Sequence record: MT446416.1
Direction: 5' to 3' (one strand)
Length of the DNA stretch: 64,000 nt
Part shown: positions 39,233 to 48,534 of the stretch, piece after piece
Layout of the letters: every line of letters begins with the position of its first letter
How positions within the stretch are numbered: the first letter of the stretch is position 1
Notes under the pieces: model-generated
Databases searched by the model: none
Told to the model about the DNA's origin: nothing
Seen by the model: only the letters and a program-made list of their open reading frames with translations
Program-made: the position numbers and the translations under genes

Positions 39233-40012
39233 ATGTTTACATATGTAAAAGGTAGTTCTAAAGAAAATTATGAATTGGGTAACATCATCTCCAACCCAGT
39301 TGGTGTTAAGGGTTTAAAAGAACGCCCTGGGGCAACTCCAGATGATGAACAAACATATCGTTATTTGTACAGTGATATTCGTGCACTTTATGGTATTTCA
39401 AGTAAAGATGGTTCTGAAATTGAACCTAATAACGCTGTTCGCAAAGAAGAGGGTTTCTGGTGGTTGGAATATAAGAATGTTGGTAATGTGAACGCAATTA
39501 ATGAGAATTTGGAATATATTAAACTACAAGATAGTAATCAACCAGTCATCACATTCTTAGAAGAAGCAGAAGGTGAATATAAAGAGTTAACAGTACTGAA
39601 AACTTATAATTATGTTGATATGGACATTGCAGCAGTTAAATCTGATCTGAAAGCACGCACAGTATCATCTCGTAGTGATCGTATTAATGCTGGTTATATG
39701 TTTAACGGTCATCGTTATAGTACTGATCTAGCTGGTCGTCAAATGCTTCTTAATTATTATACACAAGTAACTTCCGGTTCTGATAGCGTTTCGATTTTCC
39801 TTGATGACGCAATTGTAAAACTATCTGCTGCTGAAATGACTCAACTATACACTGAAGCATTTGCTATGGTTGAATCCCTATTTGCAGAGTGTAATAAGCA
39901 ATGTGCTGACATTGATGCAGTTCCTGATGCTGATGAAGATGCAATTTATAAAGCACAACAGGCGGCTGTATGGGTATATGAAGGTATTGATATTCCTGAG
40001 CGTACTCGTTAA
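39233..40012 (+). CDS. tail fibre assembly chaperone-like protein (DUF4376-like C-terminus)
   Basis: RSDRINAGYMFNGHRYSTDLAGRQML pattern; directly follows the fibre. Confidence 0.55.
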   Translation: MFTYVKGSSKENYELGNIISNPVGVKGLKERPGATPDDEQTYRYLYSDIRALYGISSKDGSEIEPNNAVRKEEGFWWLEYKNVGNVNAINENLEYIKLQDSNQPVITFLEEAEGEYKELTVLKTYNYVDMDIAAVKSDLKARTVSSRSDRINAGYMFNGHRYSTDLAGRQMLLNYYTQVTSGSDSVSIFLDDAIVKLSAAEMTQLYTEAFAMVESLFAECNKQCADIDAVPDADEDAIYKAQQAAVWVYEGIDIPERTR

Positions 40013-40026
40013 TTTATATTTTTTTT

Positions 40027-40056
40027 AAAGGTCAACTATGGTTGGCCTTTTCTTTT
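40027..40056 (+). terminator. intrinsic terminator
   Basis: AAGGTCAAC-TATG-GTTGGCCTT followed by a T tract. Confidence 0.65.
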
Positions 40057-40062
40057 ATCTAA

Positions 40063-40070
40063 AATAAATA
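40063..40070 (+). promoter_or_regulatory. late promoter AATAAATA
   Basis: After the terminator, upstream of the 654-aa ORF. Confidence 0.6.
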
Positions 40071-40104
40071 CTTAATATATAATCTATTCTGAGGAAATAT
40101 TTAA

Positions 40105-42069
40105 ATGAGTATAAATCGAATTAGAGGTGATGGTGGTGTAATTATAGATAGTCAGGCATTTCTAGAATTACCTAAAGCACCGACTAAAGAAACCGCTGAT
40201 GTGGTTAGATCAGGGATGATTAGATACAATAAAGGATGGAAAGCATTTGAAGGTGTACTAGACTTTGAAGATGGTTCAATGGCATATCGACGTTTTGCAA
40301 ACCTAGATGCGAACGGTAAACTTCTTACTTCCCAATTACCAGATTCAGTAACTAGTGGTTTACAATTTGTTGGTACATATAATCCCATCCCAGATGATAT
40401 CGATCCACCTTTAGCACAAACTCCACTACCAGCACCATCACCATCGCTTAATGGTGATTATTATGTCGTTCGTGGTATAATGGATGCCGCACAAGCACAT
40501 TATGAAGCAAATAATCCACAAACAAGTCCTGTTACATTTACACCTACAAATCCAACTGGACAAGGTAATTGGATTGAAATTTTATATTATGTTGACTCTA
40601 ATCCAAATATATCTGGTGCTAAACTAGTAACATACGCTTTTGCTAGAATTATTACTGCATCTATTCCCAGTACTGGACATGATGGCCTTGAAAATTTAGC
40701 AACAGATACTGACTTGACCAAACCATTTGCATCTGGTGTTCCAATGAACCAAACTGCACTTTCAGATGGCGATTGGATTATTATAACTGAAGATAAGAAT
40801 ATACGTCTTCGTCAGTCAAGAACAAGCATTTCCGCTGCTTCAGTATTATATGACAATACTGTAATGATTGCAAATCATCGTCAATTTAGAACAAACGCAG
40901 GGACCGTTCAAACATCCATAGATAACGTTGTGATTGAGTGTTTACGTAGAACTGGCGATTCCATGTATAATGATGGAACAGACGGCTCTGGGCGTTTTGG
41001 GGTGGTGTATGGCAGTGCAGCAGCACCAGCATTGACATTTAATAATAATCCGTTTGACCCAACGAATAACCCAGGTAATGACCCAACTAAGTGGTCCGAT
41101 GCTAATACTGGTATATTTCATCCATCCGATGACGCAATTGGGTTCAGCACTGCTGGCACAGAACGTGTTCGAATTAATAATGGAACACTAACATTATTCC
41201 AAACTACCGCTACACCAGCAGCTACGCCAGTAATACGTTTTGATAATGCATCAAACACAAACGTAGGGATAAGTGCAAGTAGTAATATTATTTCTTTAAG
41301 TTCAATGAATAAAGTTCAAGTTGAATTTAAAAATGGTGAATCACATTTTCATGGAAATATTATTGTAGATGGTTCAACATCACTAACTGGTGATTTAGAC
41401 GCAGGTAACATCAATGCCAGCGGGAATTTAGTTGTTAAAGGTAATACAACACTAGGTGACACTACTGGTGACACTATTACAGTTAATGGTGTTAGTACTT
41501 ATAATGCAAATACTAATTTCAATGGAACTAATAACAAATTCAAAAACATAAACTTACTAGAGAATGGTGTATTCACATTAGAAAGTACTACAAACCAAAG
41601 TGATATAAAACTACTTGGTGCAGACTTACGTTTCACTATGGGAAGTTATGCTGATGTAAGTATATATGATAACGGTGTTATTCGTACTCGTTTCAACCGA
41701 TATGGTATTCAATTACCAGTACTGGCTACAATTGATAACTCGGTTGGTGTTGATGGTATGATTGCATACTCAAATACCGAACGTACATCGATGCAGAAGG
41801 TTCAAGGACAATGGGTTCCAATTGGTTCTGGTTCTGTTCGTACTGACCCGTTTGTTGCGTCAGCGTGGGTTTTAAACGGCTCATATTACACATTAACAGT
41901 AACTGCTAGTAACATAGTAACTGCTGAAATTCAAGAACTCGTAAGTACTGGTGTTTACACTCGTGTTGAAGTTGATAGTGTTACATTCAATGGAACAAGC
42001 GTAGTGTTCAGTATCCCTGCAACTCCTGATGTGAGATTTGCCGGACGTACACTGGTTACATTAAGATAA
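40105..42069 (+). CDS. tail fibre-like structural protein
   Basis: GMIRYN...FEG, GSAAAPALTF...TGIFHPSDDAIGFSTAGTERVRI fibre motifs; own late promoter. Confidence 0.6.
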   Translation: MSINRIRGDGGVIIDSQAFLELPKAPTKETADVVRSGMIRYNKGWKAFEGVLDFEDGSMAYRRFANLDANGKLLTSQLPDSVTSGLQFVGTYNPIPDDIDPPLAQTPLPAPSPSLNGDYYVVRGIMDAAQAHYEANNPQTSPVTFTPTNPTGQGNWIEILYYVDSNPNISGAKLVTYAFARIITASIPSTGHDGLENLATDTDLTKPFASGVPMNQTALSDGDWIIITEDKNIRLRQSRTSISAASVLYDNTVMIANHRQFRTNAGTVQTSIDNVVIECLRRTGDSMYNDGTDGSGRFGVVYGSAAAPALTFNNNPFDPTNNPGNDPTKWSDANTGIFHPSDDAIGFSTAGTERVRINNGTLTLFQTTATPAATPVIRFDNASNTNVGISASSNIISLSSMNKVQVEFKNGESHFHGNIIVDGSTSLTGDLDAGNINASGNLVVKGNTTLGDTTGDTITVNGVSTYNANTNFNGTNNKFKNINLLENGVFTLESTTNQSDIKLLGADLRFTMGSYADVSIYDNGVIRTRFNRYGIQLPVLATIDNSVGVDGMIAYSNTERTSMQKVQGQWVPIGSGSVRTDPFVASAWVLNGSYYTLTVTASNIVTAEIQELVSTGVYTRVEVDSVTFNGTSVVFSIPATPDVRFAGRTLVTLR

Positions 42070-42070
42070 T

Positions 42071-42098
42071 AAAAAAGGGAGACATAAGTCTCCCTTTT
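42071..42098. terminator. bidirectional intrinsic terminator
   Basis: AAAAGGGAGAC-ATAA-GTCTCCCTTTT between convergent genes. Confidence 0.8.
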
Positions 42099-42101
42099 CT
42101 T

Positions 42102-43031
42102 TTATACAGCCATTGGTGCTTTGATTGTTGGCATTGGATCGTAATTAACTAATTTGAAAGAATCCATAGTGAAATCTTCAATATCAGTAATAGTAGGATC
42201 TAACCATAATTCTGGTAATGTACGTGGTTCACGTTGGAGTTGCTCTTTTACTTGTTCAATATGGTTTTGATAGATATGGCAGTCGCCACCATTCCAAATA
42301 AATTCACCAACATCTAACCCAGTAATTTGTGCAATCATATGAGTTAGTAGTGAGTAACTACTAATGTTAAATGGTACACCAAGGAATAAATCAGCACTGC
42401 GTTGATGAAGAATACAACTTAGTTTACCCTGTACAACACAAAACTGCACAAAGCTATGACAGGGTGGCAAAGTCATAGCATCAAGCTCACCAACGTTCCA
42501 TGCACTTAGAATGTGACGACGACCGTATGGATCAGTATTGATACCTTCAATAACTTGTTTTAGCTGGTCAGTTACACGACGCATAATAACACCATGTGAA
42601 CCAGTATAATCAATAACTTTATACCCTTTATCTTTTAGTTCTTGAATTTCTTCAGTACTGGAACTGAATTTATAATCTTCCCATTCACGCCATTGTTTAC
42701 CATAAACTGGGCCAAGCTCACCATCAGAATACCCAAGGCTTACACCTTGATTAAGGTAGTTGTCTGTCCAAATTGTTTTCTTTTCTACATCACGTGTCCC
42801 GTGTAAAATTTCACACAGACGACGCTCATCGTGAGAACCTTCAATAAACCATAACAATTCTGAAGTCATTGCTTTCCAAGCCAAACGTTTAGTAGTTACT
42901 GCTGGGAAACCTTCTTTTAGGTCAAAACGCATTTGTTGTCCGATTAGCTTGATAGTGCCAACACCAGTACGATCAACGCTTTCGACACCTTGATCCAGAA
43001 TTCTTTGATATAGTTCTTGTAGTTGTTTCAT
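42102..43031 (-). CDS. thyA: thymidylate synthase
   Basis: DRTGVGT, ELLWF, GELGPVYGKQWR, MTLPPCH, QRSADLFLGVPFN; uninterrupted (no intron). Confidence 0.97.
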   Translation of the reverse strand: MKQLQELYQRILDQGVESVDRTGVGTIKLIGQQMRFDLKEGFPAVTTKRLAWKAMTSELLWFIEGSHDERRLCEILHGTRDVEKKTIWTDNYLNQGVSLGYSDGELGPVYGKQWREWEDYKFSSSTEEIQELKDKGYKVIDYTGSHGVIMRRVTDQLKQVIEGINTDPYGRRHILSAWNVGELDAMTLPPCHSFVQFCVVQGKLSCILHQRSADLFLGVPFNISSYSLLTHMIAQITGLDVGEFIWNGGDCHIYQNHIEQVKEQLQREPRTLPELWLDPTITDIEDFTMDSFKLVNYDPMPTIKAPMAV

Positions 43032-43624
43032 TTTACGTCCTTGAAAAATGTAATAAAGTGTTCCATGTGTTTTTGTGTAGCATTACGTGAACCAATCCCA
43101 GTCCAGTTACCGTGTGGTGCTGGTATTGAGAATGTTTCAGTAAACTCTTTCAGTACTGTATCATAATAAAATACAGAGCGAGTGTTCATATCATAACAAN
43201 NNNNNNNNNNNNNNNNNNNNNNATCCATATACATCTGTACTGCCCATGCAGTTCCACCTGAAACTTGCGTAGGTGATGTAATATTTGCAATACAATATAC
43301 TCTTTTAGTATTAAGTATCTGATAACTATTTCTTGCAAGTAATTTATATACATACGAACCGGGCTTCGGAACTGTTCGGCGTAAAGAGTAACATGCAATG
43401 TTTAATTGTTTTAATATTGAACTATCACAAAGGATATTGGATGGAATTTCTAATATAGTATTTTCATCTACGCTGCTTTGGTGACCCTTGAATGAAAAAT
43501 TTATTACTTCAAATCCATTGTCTTTTGCATAGATAGAAAAAAGGCGGTCAGCACCTGCTGCCCCGCCACTGAAACATACATTAGATAAACCATTGATTGC
43601 TTCATCTAATTCTATTTTATTCAT
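43028..43624 (-). CDS. SLOG/YspA-like protein (spans the N gap)
   Basis: FSGGAAGAD and SGGTAWAVQ motifs; TGA overlaps the thyA ATG. Confidence 0.55.
   Translation of the reverse strand: MNKIELDEAINGLSNVCFSGGAAGADRLFSIYAKDNGFEVINFSFKGHQSSVDENTILEIPSNILCDSSILKQLNIACYSLRRTVPKPGSYVYKLLARNSYQILNTKRVYCIANITSPTQVSGGTAWAVQMYMDXXXXXXXXCYDMNTRSVFYYDTVLKEFTETFSIPAPHGNWTGIGSRNATQKHMEHFITFFKDVK
43200..43222. other. assembly gap (23 N)
   Basis: Run of n characters. Confidence 1.
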
Positions 43625-43629
43625 TTATA

Positions 43630-44283
43630 TTATTTTGCTTTACGTTCTGCAAATGCCTGTTTAACTTTCTCAATTGCTTTGGTTTGTGAAATTCCTTCTG
43701 GGATTTCAATATAGAAAGTTTTGCTATCAGGTGCTACAGGTGTTGCTTGAACTTGTGGACGTAGAGATGGTTCTAAGTTGTAAGCACGTTCAAAGTGCTC
43801 TTTAGCCAACTGCTCATAACGTTGTGCATCTTTAAGTAGTTGCTCAACAATGGTAGCTTCTTCAACAGAAGTATCAACTTCTTGTGGCTTGAATGGGTTG
43901 TATTCTTTAACTTTACCATCTTCATGTTTTTTAGTATCATTATCATTGATTGCGTTGTTTAGAACATCAAGAGAAATCTTACTGTTTCCGCCAACATGCA
44001 TATCAATATCACAAGTACGTGCACGACGCAAATGTTGTAGATTATGAAGAACATCTAGCATTTTGCGACCGTCTAGATGACCAATCTTATGCATAACTTC
44101 CCACAAATCTACATTCGATTGACCTTGATTCATTACTAAATCTGCAACAGATTGAGCATATGCTTCAGGAAGTGAGTCGCGATAAACAATGAGACAATGT
44201 TCTGGATCATCAGGGAGTGAACGCCATACCACAAATACTCGTGAACCCGTATTACGTACTACACCAACGTGACGAATAGCCAT
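43630..44283 (-). CDS. conserved hypothetical phage protein
   Basis: 217 aa, SD GGAG, RHVGVVRNTGSRVFVVWRSLPDDP start. Confidence 0.7.
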   Translation of the reverse strand: MAIRHVGVVRNTGSRVFVVWRSLPDDPEHCLIVYRDSLPEAYAQSVADLVMNQGQSNVDLWEVMHKIGHLDGRKMLDVLHNLQHLRRARTCDIDMHVGGNSKISLDVLNNAINDNDTKKHEDGKVKEYNPFKPQEVDTSVEEATIVEQLLKDAQRYEQLAKEHFERAYNLEPSLRPQVQATPVAPDSKTFYIEIPEGISQTKAIEKVKQAFAERKAK

Positions 44284-44285
44284 TA

Positions 44286-44516
44286 TTATTCTCCTTTATT
44301 TTGTTCAGCAGCAGCTTGTGCAGCATCAGCTTCTTCTTGTGCTTTGATATCTTCGAGTGCAGAGTTAGCAAACTCAACAAACTTAGATACGACTGGAGCA
44401 ACATCAACAAGTTCTTCGACTTTAAATGAATTACGAGCAACAGCAGCTTCCATGATTTTAGCAGCGTTGATTAGGTCGATTAGGGTTAGTTGAATTTTTT
44501 CTGGTTCTTGTTCCAT
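44286..44516 (-). CDS. small hypothetical protein (76 aa)
   Basis: Start moved to ATG 44516 (SD GGAG); helical, host-like codon usage. Confidence 0.7.
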   Translation of the reverse strand: MEQEPEKIQLTLIDLINAAKIMEAAVARNSFKVEELVDVAPVVSKFVEFANSALEDIKAQEEADAAQAAAEQNKGE

Positions 44517-44550
44517 TTTAATACTCTCCATGTATGTTGTTACAAATATA

Positions 44551-44578
44551 ATTATATCACCTTTTTCCAAGCTGTCCC
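44551..44578 (-). promoter_or_regulatory. sigma70-like promoter (GGGACA-N16-TATAAT, extended -10)
   Basis: GGTGATATAAT on the minus strand; overlaps the intergenic region after the vWA gene. Confidence 0.45.
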
Positions 44579-44625
44579 GCTGAAAAAAGTAGAGAACGGA
44601 ATTTTCCGTTCTCATTATTTAGTAC

Positions 44626-46035
44626 TTAGCTACGTTGACGCTTTTTGTCAGCTTCATATTCGTAGTGTACAGTTTCGCCAAATGGTGCTTGTTTGTTAGG
44701 ATTACTGTGGATAACAAACAGTGTCTTACAGTAATCAGGATCACCCCATGACTGCCACGGCTCACCATCGGTAAACATAATAAGCTGTTTAGGCTTATAG
44801 TTGTCATGCTTCATATGAACCCATACTGCTTCAAAGTCAGTACCACCACCACCTTTCACTGGATATTCGAGAATCTTACTCTCTTCACCAGTTTTGTAAT
44901 CTTTAACAGTATAAACTTCAGTATCGAACGTCATGATACGGATTTTAAATTGTTTAAACTGCTTAGTGATACCCAGTACTTCACTGATGAAATCACGGAG
45001 CATATCTTCAGAGATAGAACCGGATGCATCTAGTGCAATTGCAATATCAATATCATCATCTGGTTTCATGCCTGGGAAGATTGGATTCCCGTAGAATGAA
45101 CCAGTACTACCAAAACCAGCACCCCATGAACGACGATTAGGACTTTGATAAGTTGCGTCAGACTTCAACCAGCTACGCAGTGTGCGGTGAAGTTTGGAAC
45201 GCCAGTCAATCTTAGGTTCTTTGAAGTTGTTAATCATACGTGCGATTTCAGCAGGAGTACCACCTGCACGAGCAGCATTCATCATTGCTGTTTTGAAATC
45301 ATCCATATAATCACGTTTTTGTTTATCACTTGAACCACCTTCTTGACCTTCTTGTGGAACGTCATGCTGGTCGATTGTTGTACCTTTGCCTTTACCATCT
45401 TTGATATCACCAAAAGTACCGCGTGATTTACCTTCACCCTCACCACTACCAGCCTGTGGATTTCCTTCACCTTCCCCGTCTTGATCCTGTTTATCTTCTT
45501 CTTCGAGAATGTTATAAATCTCTTCAGCAGTCATACCATCGTACTTTTTATCGTACAGCCATTGGCTTTGGATTTTACCAATTTTATCACGAACAAGAAT
45601 CTGGTTAATTGCATAGTCAGCAGCACGGTTATAACGCTGCGGGTCACGCATACCACGACGCAAGAAGTGGTCATATGCACAGTGAAGAATCTCATGACAG
45701 ATAACTGCAATCAGGTTTTCATCAGTCAAACCTTCTGTCATTTCTTTAAGTTGTTCTTCAGTTACTTCAGGATGTTTCTCACGAATTGCTTCTTCGTATG
45801 CGGACTTTTTGGATTGGTCCTGAATACCCATGATGAATTCTACGTTGTAGAATAAATGCTTACCATCTACTGCCAAAGTACGACACCATGTATTGTTTGC
45901 AACTGGACGCAGACGAGAAGCCAGTACACCAAAGAATGGGAATGTTAGCATTAAAGATGTGCGAGCTAAGATCAGACGATCTTGACATTCTTTCTGGAGA
46001 GCCGGAGTAACATCACTGAAACGTTTATCTGACAT
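44626..46035 (-). CDS. vWA-domain protein with N-terminal HExxH metallopeptidase-like domain (DUF2201-type)
   Basis: ICHEILHCAYDH...NRAADYAIN; MIDAS ALDASGSIS; GGGGTDF; MFTDG. Confidence 0.85.
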   Translation of the reverse strand: MSDKRFSDVTPALQKECQDRLILARTSLMLTFPFFGVLASRLRPVANNTWCRTLAVDGKHLFYNVEFIMGIQDQSKKSAYEEAIREKHPEVTEEQLKEMTEGLTDENLIAVICHEILHCAYDHFLRRGMRDPQRYNRAADYAINQILVRDKIGKIQSQWLYDKKYDGMTAEEIYNILEEEDKQDQDGEGEGNPQAGSGEGEGKSRGTFGDIKDGKGKGTTIDQHDVPQEGQEGGSSDKQKRDYMDDFKTAMMNAARAGGTPAEIARMINNFKEPKIDWRSKLHRTLRSWLKSDATYQSPNRRSWGAGFGSTGSFYGNPIFPGMKPDDDIDIAIALDASGSISEDMLRDFISEVLGITKQFKQFKIRIMTFDTEVYTVKDYKTGEESKILEYPVKGGGGTDFEAVWVHMKHDNYKPKQLIMFTDGEPWQSWGDPDYCKTLFVIHSNPNKQAPFGETVHYEYEADKKRQRS

Positions 46036-46060
46036 TTGTATTTCCTCGTTTAGTTAAGAT

Positions 46061-46086
46061 AAAAGAAGGATACCATGTGGTATCCT
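46061..46086 (-). terminator. terminator-like hairpin between the AAA and vWA genes
   Basis: AGGATACCA-CA-TGGTATCCT then TCTTTT on the minus strand. Confidence 0.55.
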
Positions 46087-46110
46087 CCTTGTCAACACTC
46101 TTTTTAATTA

Positions 46111-47439
46111 TTAACCAAGAGAGCGTGCTTTACGTACTAGGTCAGAGTACTTCATAACGAAGTCTTTAAACGCTGGTACATCTTTAATCGTAATCGCTAC
46201 TTTATGAAGCGTGATGGTACGAATCGCCAGTACTGCCAGTTCTGCTTGAGTTGCAGAGAAGTTATGGTCTAGGAAGGTGATGAAGTTGTTGCACAGCTTA
46301 CCCCAATCTTCCACTGGTAGACGTTGTTCTTGCTTCTCATTGTAGAGGTCGATAATTTTGTAAACCAGATTCAGAGTGATGAAGTAGTTCGCGGAAATAT
46401 CAAGCGAAGCATCAATCTCTTTAATCTCACCCTGTAGGATGGACATGGTATCTGGTAGTTTAGCTACGTTATCAACATACTCGATGTATTCAGTTGCTAC
46501 GCCTTCACCAACACGACCTGCAATCATCGCACGGAACACTTCTTTATCAATGTTCTTAACTTTCTTCAGATCTTCGTAGCGTGCTACTGCTTCCCATGAA
46601 CGTGGAGAAGTACCACCACAGTGAGAAGGATCTTGTGGGCTAAGGGTGTTGAAGTGTTTAGCACCAGTGTTGTTGATGAACGCAACAGTTGCTGGGTTCA
46701 AACGCTTGCCAATCGCATAATCGTTAATCCAATCTTGATGATAAGGAATCATTTCGATGTGGGTCATACGGTCACGCAGTGGTGTAGCTAGAGAGAACGT
46801 TACACCGCCATCAGTTTCACGGTTACCTGCTGCGAGAATCAGTGCAGTCTTAGGTAGCTTCATCTCACCAACACAACGGTCGAGGATTAGCTGGTAAGAC
46901 GCTGCCTGTACAATCGGCATTGCAGAGTTGATTTCGTCAAACAGGATAACACCTTTCCAATCATCGGGCAATTTCAGTACTTTTGGTGCTGCCCACACAA
47001 CTGCTGTTTCAGCGATGTAATCTTGTGCACTAGCCAGTTCAGATTCAATCAGTTGCTTACCATCCATATCAAGGAACACTTTCTCTGGAACTGGAATACC
47101 ACGAAGGTCACTTGGTTCAATCTGAGACAAACGGAAATCGATAAAGTTAGTGTCTTGGTCGATTAGTTTGGCTTCAAACGCTGCCAGTTCACGGCGAAGT
47201 TGATCGGCATTTTCAGTATCAGCTTCGATTTGTTGTTTCATGAACTCAATTTTTGCCACGTTATCTTTACGCAGTGGGTAGTTCTCATCAGCGTATTGAC
47301 GTGCGATAGCAGATTTACCGATACCAGGGCTACCCCAAATCATCAGGCTATCTTGAATCATGTCAGCCAGTGCCATTGCTTCTTTAGCTTTCTTAGGAGT
47401 CAGTTTTACGTTCAGGATATCGTTGTTTTGAGTAGACAT
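46111..47439 (-). CDS. MoxR-like AAA+ ATPase
   Basis: WGSPGIGKS, RLSQIEPSDLRG, LFDEINSA, AAGNRETD, PLRDRMTH, SPRSWE. Confidence 0.85.
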   Translation of the reverse strand: MSTQNNDILNVKLTPKKAKEAMALADMIQDSLMIWGSPGIGKSAIARQYADENYPLRKDNVAKIEFMKQQIEADTENADQLRRELAAFEAKLIDQDTNFIDFRLSQIEPSDLRGIPVPEKVFLDMDGKQLIESELASAQDYIAETAVVWAAPKVLKLPDDWKGVILFDEINSAMPIVQAASYQLILDRCVGEMKLPKTALILAAGNRETDGGVTFSLATPLRDRMTHIEMIPYHQDWINDYAIGKRLNPATVAFINNTGAKHFNTLSPQDPSHCGGTSPRSWEAVARYEDLKKVKNIDKEVFRAMIAGRVGEGVATEYIEYVDNVAKLPDTMSILQGEIKEIDASLDISANYFITLNLVYKIIDLYNEKQEQRLPVEDWGKLCNNFITFLDHNFSATQAELAVLAIRTITLHKVAITIKDVPAFKDFVMKYSDLVRKARSLG

Positions 47440-47479
47440 GTATATTTTCCTTTTGTTGGATAAAATCGTTTAGGTTTCT

Positions 47480-47508
47480 ATTATAGCCAATCCGTGGGCA
47501 AAAGTAAA
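47480..47508 (-). promoter_or_regulatory. sigma70-like promoter (TTTACT-N17-TATAAT)
   Basis: Proximal promoter of the AAA gene. Confidence 0.55.
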
Positions 47509-47610
47509 GGAACTGTGTTAAAAGAATTTTTAACTTATCAGTTCCTTTGTTACTTCATGAATCATCCGTGTATTTAAAAAGGCATTTCTCTTTGCCGTCT
47601 TGATGTGGTC

Positions 47611-47638
47611 ATTATATCACATCGTTCAGGCTTGTCAA
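47611..47638 (-). promoter_or_regulatory. sigma70 consensus promoter with A-tract UP element
   Basis: A tract-GTTGTTGACA-N16-TATAAT with extended TG. Confidence 0.8.
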
Positions 47639-47704
47639 CAACTTTTTTTTATTTCTTTTTCAATCTCACATCTTGTGATTTTGAAAACTTGCTTCGTGGT
47701 GGTC

Positions 47705-47732
47705 ATTATATCACATCATTCGGCGTTGTCAA
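47705..47732 (-). promoter_or_regulatory. sigma70 consensus promoter with A-tract UP element (tandem copy)
   Basis: Near-identical repeat 94 nt from the previous promoter. Confidence 0.8.
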
Positions 47733-47759
47733 CATCTTTTTTTTTCTTTATTTTCGAAG

Positions 47760-48137
47760 CTACATGTGCATCGAAATTAACATTCTAAAATCATCACCAC
47801 ACAATGTTAACTCTGTAACTATCATTGCGTCAGAGAGGTATATGTACTGCCCTTCAACATAGTAGGGTGAAGTACATATCCTATCAAGCGATGTAAAGAT
47901 TATAGAACTTTTGAACTCTCTTTGCAAGGGGATTTTTGTAAATTCGTAAAGAATGTTTTCTTTACAAATTGTATATCCAAACTTGCTAAGTCTTAAACCA
48001 CCGCCAGTTCTGAAATTTTCAAAAATTGACATCAGAAGCATACGGTCTGTTAATTCAGCGTCTGATCCATGTACTTCTCTAACTTTTAAAAGTACATCGT
48101 TTTGAAATTCAGTACTGTTGTGTGGTTCAGGGATCAT
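47760..48137 (-). CDS. hypothetical protein
   Basis: 125-aa ORF ending the late operon; GGGLRLSKFGY. Confidence 0.65.
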   Translation of the reverse strand: MIPEPHNSTEFQNDVLLKVREVHGSDAELTDRMLLMSIFENFRTGGGLRLSKFGYTICKENILYEFTKIPLQREFKSSIIFTSLDRICTSPYYVEGQYIYLSDAMIVTELTLCGDDFRMLISMHM

Positions 48138-48140
48138 ATA

Positions 48141-48533
48141 TTACATCCCCACAAAACCCTGTCTTGCTGCATATGAAGGAGCATCTTTAACTTTATAGTC
48201 TTGGACACCATCTTTACCAATTTTCGGACCCATATCTTTGGTTCCGAAGCAGCAATCAGTGGATTCATCAACTTCTTCAGTACTTTCATCATTATATCGA
48301 ACATCCGATAAAATGTCACACGCTTTTTGAAGCTTTTCTACGATTTCTTTTTGATCTTCACCTGATTTAACCTTATCCACAATGTGGATAAGGCATTCGG
48401 TGATATCTTTAAGTAAATCGGTGGCTACAGCATCAGAAGGAGTCTCAACTGCAAAACTTTCTTCTTCAGTAGATTCTTCACTAGAAGTGATTTCATCTAA
48501 TGCTTCAACCAATTCACGATAATTATATCCCAT
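48141..48533 (-). CDS. acidic hypothetical protein (possibly head-associated)
   Basis: 130 aa, tightly coupled to neighbours. Confidence 0.6.
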   Translation of the reverse strand: MGYNYRELVEALDEITSSEESTEEESFAVETPSDAVATDLLKDITECLIHIVDKVKSGEDQKEIVEKLQKACDILSDVRYNDESTEEVDESTDCCFGTKDMGPKIGKDGVQDYKVKDAPSYAARQGFVGM

Positions 48534-48534
48534 C

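Noticed and set aside
42102-43031. Possible group I intron in thyA, as in T4 td
   Set aside because: ORF is continuous with all motifs; only a ~25-aa in-frame insert is present
47611-47716. TGTGA elements as CRP sites
   Set aside because: No TCACA half-site at 6-nt spacing; TGTGA is the extended -10 context
47590-47750. Direct repeats as a mini-CRISPR array
   Set aside because: Only two copies, and they are fully explained as tandem promoters
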